Virus record (IMG/VR): IMGVR_UViG_3300044530_000662
Coordinates: 1 to 64,000 of that record
Direction: 5' to 3' (one strand)
Source of the DNA: a virus
Length of the DNA stretch: 64,000 bases
This document shows positions 18,741 through 31,200 of this stretch, piece after piece. The notes below the pieces were generated by a model. The model ran no database searches. It was not told the DNA's origin and saw only the letters and a list, made by a program, of their open reading frames with translations. Made by a program: the position numbers and the translations under genes. Within the stretch, counting starts at the first letter, position 1. Every line of letters begins with the position of its first letter.

Positions 18741-21700
18741 TTACTTAACAAATGTAGATTTAAAGCTTTTTACAGCTTCTTCTGGAGCAAATGTATAACC
18801 TGAAAAACCCATTAATTTTAAGAAGTATGCCCAAGATTTATTATCTCCTTTATTCCATACACCAGTATCTTTTTGATATGTTAACTTTTCTTCATCCCAA
18901 GTAAATAAAAATTGATCAAAGAACTTGACAAATCTATCTATAGTACCTGTGATAGCTGAAGGAGATTTAGCTATCCTCCAAAAGTCAGCAGGACTTAAGT
19001 ATGAGAATGTTTCACTTCTCATCCTAATAGCTTGATACATCATAAAGTAATATGCATATGGTAAATCTTCTTTTTCTTCTCCATCATCTCCAGTACCCAT
19101 ATAAGTTAATGCCATAATAAGAGCTCCTAATGCTGCAATGATTGTTAACTCTGCTACTACTTTTCTAATTTGTGCTTTTTCAAATGGTGAGTAAGTACTC
19201 CATTGTTTCATTATATCTGTTTTGTACCTATAAGTATCTTTTATTAAGGTTCTCCAAAATACTCTATACATACCTTCTGTTGCTCCACCAAGTTCTTCAT
19301 CAAAAGATACACCTTTGAATCTTCTTTTAATACCTTGATATAAATGTTTACGGTACATTAATAATAATCTACCTCCAGCATGTCTTTGTAAAACACCTTT
19401 ATCAAAATCATTATATACACCATGCATTTTTTTATTAAGTGCATGAAGTGTATTCATAAAGTCTTGTCTTTGTTTTTCATCAAAGTCTTTTCTTTCTACA
19501 ACTCCTTCAGAATTTGTAACATCTATTTGTACTTTGTATTCTTTTACTTTTTTTCCAGTCTCATCAGTTGTCATTTCATATAATACAGGACCATATTTTT
19601 CATGAGCTTCTAATAGAGTCATTTCAGTACCAGTAGCTCTATCAATAACTTTTGTTGCATCCATTAAAGCAAGCATTGTTTTTACTTGAATCTCATGCTC
19701 TGCAAAGTTTTGGTTAAAAAATAAAGTATTAATTCTGAATAACTTATTTGCTACACTGGCTGATACATTTTTACCATATTCATCCTTAAAGGTTCCTTGA
19801 ATAGGATCATAGTATTCAGTTAACCTACCTAACCAACTTTCAGGTTTTAATTGTCCAAAATCACTAAGAGCACCTCCTACTGTTGACCAATATTTTGCTG
19901 CTCCTTTAGCTAAATTTTTACCATTAAAGTATTCACCTCCTGCAGCTTCTATAGCTACTTGAATATTACCTTGTATATTATTTGCTGCACCTTTAAGTAC
20001 ATCCATTGAGATTGTAGTAACAGCTGAAATACCCATAGCTGTATTTACTATTTTGGATAACTCAAGTCCTAAGATCTTTTCTGCTTTTTGAGATTCTCCT
20101 TGTACTACCATTTCTAAGAATGCTTCTAAATGCATTTTAGAATATGGTGTAGCATTTGATCTAATATAATCATCAAAGCCTAGTTTCTTAGCTGCAATGT
20201 TTAAGATAGACTCTCCTGATGCTGTTGTTACTGCTGTTTCTCTTTCACCAATAATACTTCTAAAGGCTGTTATTTCTGCATGAATTTCATTCATAGCATT
20301 GTATTTTCTTGCCATTGCTCCAAATTGCAATACAGACTTTAGTAAATCTACACTAACATCATCTGCATTCATAGGTTGAGTATAGTATACAGGAAGCATT
20401 GTCATTTTTTCTCCTGACAAACTTGCTCTACCATATGGTCTTGTATCTATGTCATCACCTTCCTTACTAAGATTTGTACCATATAAACTTTGATCATAAC
20501 TTTGAATAGCTACAGCATCCTTTAAATTTGTTTTAACAAAATTACCAACTCCTTTTCTATACATTCTTTCATAATCTTCCATAGGTATAGAAGGTAGAAT
20601 GTAACCCATTCTCTGAGATTCTGGTAAAAGTTCTTGATCTTTTAAATATTTATCAGTTAAGTACTTATGATATTCTCCTTCAGGAGATATAGGATTACCT
20701 TCTTTATCATATAGTTTTAACCATTTTTTACTTAGGTACTTTTCAGCTGGCTCAGATAATATACCATAAAAAGTTTTAGCTCCTGTTTTAGTATCTACAC
20801 TTTCAACTTTAGTAAGCCATTCTTGATATTCTTCAGCTGTTATAATACCTTTATCTAACTCAGCTTTTTTTTCATTCTTAATTTTAAGTATTTCTTCAGT
20901 AGATTTAGGTTGTCTGTTTTGTTTATACCATTGTCTTCTTTTTTTTCCCCAATCTTTAAGTTGTTTATCATATAGACTTACTTCTTCTGGAGAAGCTTCA
21001 GTAGATAAAGTTGGTTTTGGATTATCTTTATAAAATTGTCTTTCAGCTTCACCATATAAATTAAGATCAAACTTTTGTACAAAAGACATTTTTTTATCAA
21101 TGACCACTGCTCCCTTTTCTTTTATAGCTTTTCCTTTAAAATCTCTTCTTACTACAGAAATTTCTTCAAAAAGACCCTCATTAAATTCTGCAACATTGTT
21201 TATACTTCTTCCAGACTTAGCTTTGAATTCTTTAAGTTTATCTACACCTTCATTTCTTTCAGCTATATCATCTATTCTAGATTCTTCAAATTGAGACTTA
21301 ACCATTTTAGCAAACAAAGCAAGAGCACTATCTTCTGAACTAATTAAAGGATTAAGTAAATAGTCAAACACACCCTCATCTTTTAATGACATTTTAAGAA
21401 TGTTTTCCATTCTTTCTTTATCAAGAAGCATGTTTTGCCACTTAGTTAACTCTCTTTGAGCTGCTGCAATATCAATTGCTTTTGCTTTATCAGATAAAGT
21501 AGATGTTTTAATTTTCTGAATTCTATCTTGATAAGTTTTTATCTGTTCAGTTATTGAACCAATGTTTCTAGTGTTTCTTTGAGCAACTAATACTTCTGCT
21601 AATAAAGGAGTTACCTGATTTATATAAGCTGTTCTAATAAAGTTTCTTATCTCTAATGCTGTAGTTAGTTTGTCCTGTGGGGTATATTCAGCTAGACTTT

Positions 21701-22238
21701 TTCTTTCTACGGGTTTCCCAAAATATTCTACAGCATCTGTTTTAGAAATCTCATCTAATATAGAGTAGTTATTAGCAAAGTCATTTATGTTTACTAGACC
21801 TTCTAAAAACTCTTTATTATCAATCTTACCTTCCTGAAAATCAGTCATTAAGCTTTTAAAATATTTCTTAGCAGAAAGAGCTTTCTCAAATGAATCTTCT
21901 ATGAATATATTAATAGAATCAACACCATCTAACTCATTAACCATTTTAGTTAATCTAGCTAGTTGAGCCTCTTGTTCTTTTTGGTTCTTAAGTTTTTTTC
22001 TGCTGAGAGCATATTTCTTTTCTTCCAAAAATATTTTTACTTTTTGTAAGGCTTCACCAAAATTAGTAGGAGCTTCATCAGGAGTAATGTTTAAATCATC
22101 TTGAAGTATATCTTCAAACTCTTCATCTTCTTTTACTAGTCTGTTCCATTCTTCTAGGGCACGTTCTTCATTACCATTTTCTTGAGCAAGAATTCTTCTC
22201 CATTCATCACTACTTTTATTGGGACAACTTCCTAACAT
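18741..22238 (-). CDS. Large virion ejection/cargo protein, 1165 aa
   Basis: Helical protein downstream of the vRNAP; C-terminal hydrophobic helix VVAELTIIAALGALIMALTYMG. Confidence 0.7.
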   Translation of the reverse strand: MLGSCPNKSSDEWRRILAQENGNEERALEEWNRLVKEDEEFEDILQDDLNITPDEAPTNFGEALQKVKIFLEEKKYALSRKKLKNQKEQEAQLARLTKMVNELDGVDSINIFIEDSFEKALSAKKYFKSLMTDFQEGKIDNKEFLEGLVNINDFANNYSILDEISKTDAVEYFGKPVERKSLAEYTPQDKLTTALEIRNFIRTAYINQVTPLLAEVLVAQRNTRNIGSITEQIKTYQDRIQKIKTSTLSDKAKAIDIAAAQRELTKWQNMLLDKERMENILKMSLKDEGVFDYLLNPLISSEDSALALFAKMVKSQFEESRIDDIAERNEGVDKLKEFKAKSGRSINNVAEFNEGLFEEISVVRRDFKGKAIKEKGAVVIDKKMSFVQKFDLNLYGEAERQFYKDNPKPTLSTEASPEEVSLYDKQLKDWGKKRRQWYKQNRQPKSTEEILKIKNEKKAELDKGIITAEEYQEWLTKVESVDTKTGAKTFYGILSEPAEKYLSKKWLKLYDKEGNPISPEGEYHKYLTDKYLKDQELLPESQRMGYILPSIPMEDYERMYRKGVGNFVKTNLKDAVAIQSYDQSLYGTNLSKEGDDIDTRPYGRASLSGEKMTMLPVYYTQPMNADDVSVDLLKSVLQFGAMARKYNAMNEIHAEITAFRSIIGERETAVTTASGESILNIAAKKLGFDDYIRSNATPYSKMHLEAFLEMVVQGESQKAEKILGLELSKIVNTAMGISAVTTISMDVLKGAANNIQGNIQVAIEAAGGEYFNGKNLAKGAAKYWSTVGGALSDFGQLKPESWLGRLTEYYDPIQGTFKDEYGKNVSASVANKLFRINTLFFNQNFAEHEIQVKTMLALMDATKVIDRATGTEMTLLEAHEKYGPVLYEMTTDETGKKVKEYKVQIDVTNSEGVVERKDFDEKQRQDFMNTLHALNKKMHGVYNDFDKGVLQRHAGGRLLLMYRKHLYQGIKRRFKGVSFDEELGGATEGMYRVFWRTLIKDTYRYKTDIMKQWSTYSPFEKAQIRKVVAELTIIAALGALIMALTYMGTGDDGEEKEDLPYAYYFMMYQAIRMRSETFSYLSPADFWRIAKSPSAITGTIDRFVKFFDQFLFTWDEEKLTYQKDTGVWNKGDNKSWAYFLKLMGFSGYTFAPEEAVKSFKSTFVK

Positions 22239-25200
22239 AACTTATCAAGTATTTTTGTTATTTTATTATAATCTTCTTGTGTTTTAGCTTCTGCTAAATT
22301 ATTGATTATATCATTGATATCATAACCTTTAGTAGCTAATTGTTCTTCTATGTTAGTAGTAGCTCTTAAAGTGATAAGTCTATCAAGAGCTTTAGCTATA
22401 ACTTCAGGATCTACAGGTGAATCAAGACCTGGTTCAGTTTCCTGCTTACCTGTCTCCATATTAATATTTCTCACATATATTTCACCCGTTGTTCTATCTA
22501 CAAGATCATAGTTACCAAACTTGTTAAGCTTATACATTCTTATACCCTCTGTACCACTACTAAAATCTTTTGGTTGTACACCGCTCATTTCATGTACTAA
22601 CCAGGCATATACTTTCATGTCATACTCTATACTATCTATTGGAGCTGGACTTACTGGTGCTTTAGTAGGTTGAGTAGATGGTAACAAATCAGAAAGATAT
22701 CTATCTGTAACTATTACTTTGTTACTAGGAATTTTAGATACTGCATCTTCAATTTGTTTTTTCCATGTTACTGTATCATACTTAGCACCTCTTTCAGATA
22801 TTCTTTTTTGGAACTCTTCATTAGTAAGATTGATAACTTTATCAAAAACATCTGCATTATTTTTTAACAGATTAGTATTGGATGTAAATAGAATTTTATT
22901 TTCAGATAGAGCAACTGCCTTAACTTTATCAAAAAGATTTTGCATCATTTTATTATACTCAGTATTCCATTGTTGATCACCTCCATCTTTAACCTGATAT
23001 GTTGTTACATTATATTTATCAGCTATTTCTTTTACTTTAGTGTTTATTTCACTAGCATAATCATCATCTAGAGAAATGAATCTGTTGTCTTGATTTTTCT
23101 TTAAGAAACTTTTACCAATAGTTGGATGTCCCCAGATAATTTTATCTGTAGGTTCTATTTTAACTATAGCAGGTTGAGTAGATGGTTGAGAAGGAGCTTT
23201 AAATGTATTTTCATACACATCTCTAATAGCTTGTTTACCTGCTTCATTAATTTCTCTAGTGCCTATACCTGCAAATTTAGTTGTAAGTGTAGGGACATCA
23301 GATATACGGAATTTACCATCTTCCCAAGCAAACCATTTTTCATATGTTTGGTCAAACACATAAACTGGTTTTCCAAGATTGATAGCCATTTGTACAGCAT
23401 AACCTGTACCACCATCTACTGAATCTGTCTTAGATTTAACAGCATATCCTTTTTTGTTTTTATCCCCTGGAGTAAGAACATTTCCAATTGCAAACACGGC
23501 ATCTGCAGCTTTAGCTTGTAAATAATCTCTCCTTACTAAACCACCATTATAATAAATAGATTTACCATCTACTTTTTTATTTGGGTCATTCCAATCATAA
23601 GGTAAAGGATTTCTACCTAAATCTTTTACAGCTTTTTGATAAGCTGTTTCTACTTCTTGTACTTGATCTTGTGATAATTTTTGTAATGTTTGTGGTGTAT
23701 AATCAACTTGTTTACCTAATCCGTATTCTTTACCTACTTCTGCCCATACTGTATCTCCGCCTGTTGCAGCACCTGAATAATTAGTGTATCCTGATGCAAC
23801 ACCTGTAGGAGCTGGTGTAGGTGTAGTAGTTTCAGTAACAATTGATGGAGCTTGAGGCATACCTGCTGTTAAAGGCATAACTCTTCTCATAGTAATAGTT
23901 ATCCTATAAGAACCTTCAGGATATGTTTTACCATCAATCTTAGTTGTTAACTCTGGTAAAAAACTATCTTGAGGAGTAGGAAATGTTCTATGCCATACTT
24001 CTCTATTAATACCATCTACTCCAAATATATATCCTGAACCTGCTTCAAGATTTAACATAGCATTTTCTGGACCTAATCTTTCTATAGAAAAATTACCTTT
24101 ACCACCAATGTTAATTCCAATAACTGGATACTTAATAGCTGATTTACTTTCATCTACGTCATTATGAGAAGAGATAAATGTATCTTTTTCATAAAGATTT
24201 ATAATAGCACCATCATAGTTAGTCATATCTACTCCTGTAGCTTTCTGCATAAGCTCTCTAAATCTAGGTGTAATTTGTCCAAGAGATTGACCATTAACTG
24301 ATTGATTATAATAACCATACTTAGGATTTCTTTTTATTGGGTCGGGAATATTAACAGATGCTCTTCCAGGATTATTATTTGTATAATCCCATCTTAAACC
24401 AAGACCAATCATTTTACTACCTTCTGAAGATTTAAGACTTTTATTAGCTTGTTCTTCTAAATAAGGTTTAAGATAATTAAATAACTCAAGTTGTTCTTCT
24501 TTAGTAAGAGCTCCTTGATTTACATAAATACCTTCTTTAACTTGTTGACCTTTTGGTTTATTAGACTGACTTACAGGACCTGTAGATTTTTGTTCACCTT
24601 CAACTTTAGGAGCTACGTACATACCTGTTGAAAGGTTAGCATTTTCATAGTATACTTCTCCAGACTCTTGGTCTATCATGTCATAGTTGTCATATTTGTT
24701 TTTAATCCATATAGCTGATTGAGGCATACCAGATCTTTTACCAGTAGATGTATTATAAAATGCAGGGAATAAAGTTTTAGATGTAAAGAATCTTTCTGGT
24801 CTTTTACCTCCTGATTTTTTTACATAAGCATTAAATAAATCTACATCTTCCTGATTTATTAATCTTACTAAAACTTGATCTTCTCCTTCATCATCATCAA
24901 AGGTTTCTAATGTACCATCATTAGCTGGTTTAGATGCTTCTAATGTAGCTAATTCAGTATGTATGTATCCTTTTGGAGAAACAAGATAGTTTTTAAACTT
25001 ATCCATACTTACTACTGTATTGAATATACTATCAAGTGTTTCTTTATTTAGATAATTTGCAGTAAATGCTTTAGAAGCATTTGATATAATATTCTTATAC
25101 TTAATAGGATCCAATGCTTTAACAAAACCTAATCTTGTTTTACCAATACCGTTTTGATAGAACATAGCTAATGAGAATAAATCAAACATCTCTGATATTC

Positions 25201-28200
25201 TTTTATTATCACTTGCATTCTCTTCTGCAGTTTTATTTTTATTCTGAACTTTAGTAATACTTGGGTCAGATAAATTTCTAAGGTTGTTATAATAAACTGA
25301 TGCTAGTTCTCCCTGTGCTTCTTTCTGATTATTTAATGTTAGAACTTTAGCTCCATCTGTATTTGTACCAGGTGTTAATTGAGCTGTGATAGGATAATTA
25401 ATTTTAAGTGTGTCACCAAACTCATTAATTAAATTTAACAAAGAGTCAGAATAACTATACTTGGTTTTACCCATAATATATTTATTGTTATAACTACCTG
25501 CTAATGCTCTTTCTGATATGTAACTTTCATATGCATCACTAGCATTACCCATATTAACAACTCTTTTTAAGAAGTCACTATTATCTTCAAGAGACTCAAT
25601 TGGATTATTTACTCTGATTGATTCTCTAGCAATAACATATCTATAGTAACTTGCTAATGTTTGGAATGGATCATCTTTAAGTTTAAATGTATCCAAGCCT
25701 CTAGCTCCATAGTTATTTTCTGATGTACTTGATTCTAAATATGCTTTGTTTGCATAGTCAGTTTCAATTCTAAGAGTGTTGATTGCAATACCTTCTTCAA
25801 ATACTCCGGCATCTGTATCTAAATCATCTACAATTAACACAGGTCTATTATCTGTGTATGTATCAGGGATGTTTACTAACTCACCTTTCTCATTTGCAAA
25901 GTTAGATGTATAGTTTTGTAAGATAAAGTTTATTACTCCATTGTTAAACAAAGTACTAAATCTTTCTTGTCCATTTATACCTTTACCAAATGTTGGATTA
26001 TTTCTAATCTGAGATGCTTTAGACTGATCAACAAATGCATCACTGATGTATTTAGTAATTTCAGGATTAAGTCTTAAGTTAAACAAAGGCTCTGTTAAAT
26101 CTTTAATTAATTGATCTTGATTAAATGAAGATAAGACAGACTTATTAATTAATTTTTCTAAGAATTCTTGGTCAATTGATTTACTTTTTCTTAAAGCATC
26201 ATAAGCTTCCATTCTTTTAATTACCTGCTGTACTGTGGTAAGCTTACCAGTATCTGGAGAGAATGTTTGTTGTAAATCATTCATACCTTTAAACTGTCTT
26301 TCCAATTCAAGATAGTTCATAAACAATGTAAGAGCTTTCATTGTCTTATCATCCTTTACACCATCTTTTAGAGTTGTTGTAGAAACATCTCCTTTTGGTA
26401 AAAATTCTTTTGATAATACTTCAGTAGTAAATGCAAAGTTCTCTACACTGTTTATTAAAGTACTATAAGAATAGACTGTGGAGTCTTGGTTTAAACTAGG
26501 ATCCCATGATATTCTTTCAATATTTTGAGCAGCTAGTCCACCATTATTTAACTTTTTAATTAAATCTTCTAAGGTTGTTTCTGTAACACCAGAAACTTTT
26601 TTTACTTTATAATAGTACTTAGTATCTTCACCTTTAGCTTTTAAGTCATTAAGAACATATCTTAGTTTAGCAACATTGATTCTGTCATAGATAATATCTA
26701 AACTATCTTTGCTAAAATTTTTAAGTACTTTATTTATAATATTATTTGCTACACCACCTTTTTCTTGTCCACCAACTATTTTAGAATAAGCGCTTTCTTT
26801 TAATTTTTGTTTTTCAAAGTACTCAGCAATAAGAGGTTGATTTAAGAAAAAGAATATTTGTTCTTCATCAACACCAGCCTGAAGCATGTAACTAAATACA
26901 TCCATTGCTTCTGGAACTAGCTTTAATTCAAAAGGGAATGATTCTTTTGCTCTATCTAAAATACCTTGTAAAGCATGAGATGATACATCTGATATACGGG
27001 AACCTCTTTGAGTTCTCTCACCAGATAATGATATAACTTCTTTACCTTTAGCATTCTTAATTTTATTATGAGTAAATCTCATAACTACTGGTAATTCATA
27101 ACCTGTCTCTACAGTTTTATTTAATGCTTCAATGAAAGAAGAAGCTTTATATGTAGCAGGCATCTTAGCTCCTACAGATTTATATATAGGATGACTCTTA
27201 GTTAACTTAGCCATTATACCTAATGAAGCTTCTAGAGATAAGTTAGCATCATGTTTATACAAATTGTATGTAGCCTCTAATACTCTTGTAGGACTAATTA
27301 CAGTTTTTCTTTTACCGTTTTCATCAGCAGCAGAAAGCTTAGGTGCTTGACCATGAGTATTAGTATATCTGTTGTAACCTTTCTTGTTTTCTTCTAACTC
27401 AGGTACATATTTATCTACTAAGTATGTTCCGTTAGGTTTGGTTAAATATGCATAGTTCTCTGGTAACATTAAAATTTCTACAGCAGCATTTTTAAATCTA
27501 TTCTGTAAATATTTTTTCTGTTCAGCAAGCAAAGCTCTTGAAGAAGGTCTTCCTTTTATAGACTTATTAGCTTTTTCAAGTGCTTGAGTTTCTTTAAGAA
27601 GAGATTCAAATTTATCTACTCCTTTAGAAATAACCTTACCATCTCTATCTAAATTAGGAAAAGTCATAAATAACTTATCACCATCAAAGTCAGATCCAGC
27701 TTTAGCAACTATTTCTGTTGGTACAATAATACTATTACCAAATGCTTCAGGTAAGAAATGCCATACTGTTGCTGCTTCAATTGTATTAGTTGCATCATTA
27801 GGAATTCTTGGACCAAACATAGTAACAGCATCCTTATTGTCTTTTAACCATTTAGGATCTTTAATTACCTCATTAAGTCTATCAATAGTAGAGATTTTTT
27901 CTCCATCTGTATGCTTACCATTTAAGAGTTTAACAAACTCACCTTGTAAAGCAACAGCAACTTTCATCTCAGTACTTCTACCATTCTCATTATATCCATA
28001 AAAAGGAAGAGTATTTGTACCTAACCATTCTTTAATTTCTTTTGGATTAGTTAGAGTACTGTATTGAGAATCCCAAATACCATTAGTAAATGTACTTGGT
28101 GTTTGAACTAAAGGTTCCCCATTAGTTTTTTGTTTGATTAACCCATTCTGTAAAAAGCTCATGATAAGCTTTTCAACAGTGTCAGCTTCTGGATGTAATG

Positions 28201-31200
28201 ATAAATCCATTGCTAATTGATTATCATTATCAGTATTAAGAAGTCTGATTAAATGATCCGGAGTATCTCTGTTTTTTAATTCATCTCTGATAACTTCTAT
28301 AAACTGTGTTAAGTTACCTATGTATCTACCATCAACAAGTTCAAAACCAATTTCACTTAATAACTCTTCTTTTAATATTTCTGAGTAATCTTTTACTGCA
28401 GACAAATACTCATCAAGAACTGGCTTATTTTTTTCATTAATAAGACCTCCTTCTGAGTAAAGGTTGTCAAGTAAGATACCTCTAGTTTGTGTAGCTATAG
28501 GAAGAGAACCTTTAAAGTGCTCATTGATAACAGTTACTTCTTTTAAGTTGGCCATGTAAATAGGATTAACTGTAAAAGCAGTATCCTCTTTAATAGCTTT
28601 CTCATCTTTATTAGCAAAAATATTATCTATTTTACCATTAGTTGTTAGGTTAGCTCCTTTAGAACATGAGTCAAATGCTACATACTGAATGTTTTCTCTT
28701 AACATTTTCTTATGTAATGTATCTAACTCGGAACCTTCTTGTGCATTAACCCCTGGTATTAATGGTATAACAGCAAACTTATGCATTGCTCTTACTGGTA
28801 AGAGATTGTTTTCTAGTGCACCAAAGTAATGTAATTTATATACAGGAAAATAATCTTTTACTGTCTTAGGACTTATCTTTTCTCCTTTGATAATTCTTTG
28901 ATAAAGATTTTCTTGAGCAAGTGTCCAACCTCTTCCTGTTTTGTGCAATGTTCTATAGGCATCAAAAGTCATATAAGCCATACCATCACCTTCTTTCATT
29001 CCCATAAATGGCTTAATGTCTTTTTTAATAAGCTCATCTATAGTTTTAGAATCATAGGTTCCGGCATATTCTTTTTTCCATGCTTTAACCATATCATCTA
29101 AGTATAATGAATCTCTTACAGCATCTTTTATGACAGCTGTATTTAAAGTTTCACCATACATGAATTTATTCTCTTCAGATATTTCTGGCATGTTTAAGCT
29201 AGCATAGGTAACGTTATTGTAGTTAGTATTTATGAAATCTGAAATACCTTCATCAAAATTAAACCCAACACCATCTGAAGTTGAACCTGGAATACGCTTA
29301 GTCCAATCTTCTTTATCATGACCCCATTGTGCATGATCACCATACACAAGCATTGATGTCTCATACTTGTGAATAAAGTCATTGTATAAATAAGCTTTTA
29401 GTATCTTTTCAGTTAATGTCTTATCTTTCTTTAAATTATTAAGTGTATTGTTATCTAAACTTTCAGCTTTGTATCCCAGTTTTTCAAAAATAGACTTAGA
29501 CAAGAATGGCATTTTTTGGAAATACAGATTGTCTATTTCACCAGTTTTCTCATTAAAGTAGTCTATGATATCATCAGTTATCATTTTTCTTAATGGCTTA
29601 CCTCTTAAATAGTCTATCAAAGGAACATCTACTTGTTCATCAGCTAATTTATAAAGTTCATCTTTAGTTTCTTGTCTTAATACAGAATCAAAAGCTGAGA
29701 ATATTGAACCAGCAGGTACATCATTACCATTACCATCATTAACTAATTTGTTATATCCAGTAACTTTTAAATACTCTTCTTTGTTTGCTCCTCTGAATTT
29801 TTTAATTCTATCAAATTCACCCTGGATATATGGGAAAAAGTTATTACCAATAGCATAGATTTCACCTTCACTTCTTCCTTTAGAATCAGTTGTCATGAAC
29901 TTATCCATGTCTACATAAAGGTTTTTATCATCACCTTTTTTATAAAAACCTACTGAACTTCCTTCTACACCTCCTATAACTTTAATACCATAGGAGAATT
30001 TTTTCTCTGAGTGTCTTGGGAATTCAGCTACACCACCTAAAAGCATAGTATGTAACTCTTGTAAGAACTTAGACTGTGGGTCTAGTTCAGTAGTAGTATT
30101 ACCTTCTGCTTCTTCTACTTCTACATCTCTTCCATTTTTCTTTATTGTTTTTTTATTAGACATAGATGTACCATCTACAGCCATTAATAAAACACTTTTA
30201 CCTTCTATTTTTTTACCGTCTGCACCAAATAAACTTTTTATTATGTTTAATTGAAGTGTGTGAGGATTAATAGCAGGATTTAGATAAGACATATAACTAA
30301 ATCTTGGGTCTGTCCAAAGCTGATTCATTTCATCAACTTCATTTAATGCATATACATATGATGCTGCAGAACTCCAATTCATCTCTTGGTATCCAGTATT
30401 TCCATTTGCACGGATAACACCAGTAGTTGCAGAATCAAAACCATATTTAGATTGTAATTCAGCAAGTCTCTTTAACTGTGTAAGCTCTTTTACGGAACCT
30501 TTAAGATTAGACAGTACACCAACAGGAACAATATTTTTAAGAACATCAATTGGATTTTTCTTAAACATATCAAGATACTTGACTTTATCAGCTGTTAATG
30601 CTGGGTCACCTTCTTTTAGATTGTTAATTTCATTGAAGCCTTTAACAATATCAAATATATAAGGCAAACCATAATAATCAAAATTAGCTACAAGTTCCTT
30701 TTTAATATTATCATTGTTATCTAAATCAATAGCCATTGCTCTAGCAAAGTCTAATGCATCTTTTTCAGCTAGTTCTCCTTTAGTACTAAAGTCTTTTACT
30801 AGATTAGCTAAGTTTAATGTGGATACATTATCTTTAGACTTATTAATGTATGAGTTAGCTTGGGTGCTTTTAAATAAAGCCATCCACCTATTTAGAGTGT
30901 TGTCAATAGCAATAGAAGATTCTTTAACTCTGAAATCTATAGTTCTACTATCAGCATCATTGAATGCAAATAACTGCATGTACTTAACTCTAAATTTACC
31001 AAAGTCTTGCCAGAATCTTAAACTAACATCTATCTCATGTGTGTTTTTGATATTGCTTGGGTCCGGATATTTCTTTTCATATAATTGTTTAAGTTCAGGA
31101 AACTTCTCAGCTTCTTGTCCTAATTTTTCATATGCTTTGTATCTGTCTCTTTCTCCACCAATAGTTTTAGCTAGAATAGTAAATACTTTAGCAAAGTCTG

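Larger units (their letters stand above)
22445..24850 (-). repeat. Duplicated protein module flanking the accessory-domain stack (copies ~24620-24850 and ~22445-22620)
   Basis: IWIKNKYDNYDMIDQESGEVYYENANLSTG versus MYKLNKFGNYDLVDRTTGEIYVRNINMETG. Confidence 0.75.
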
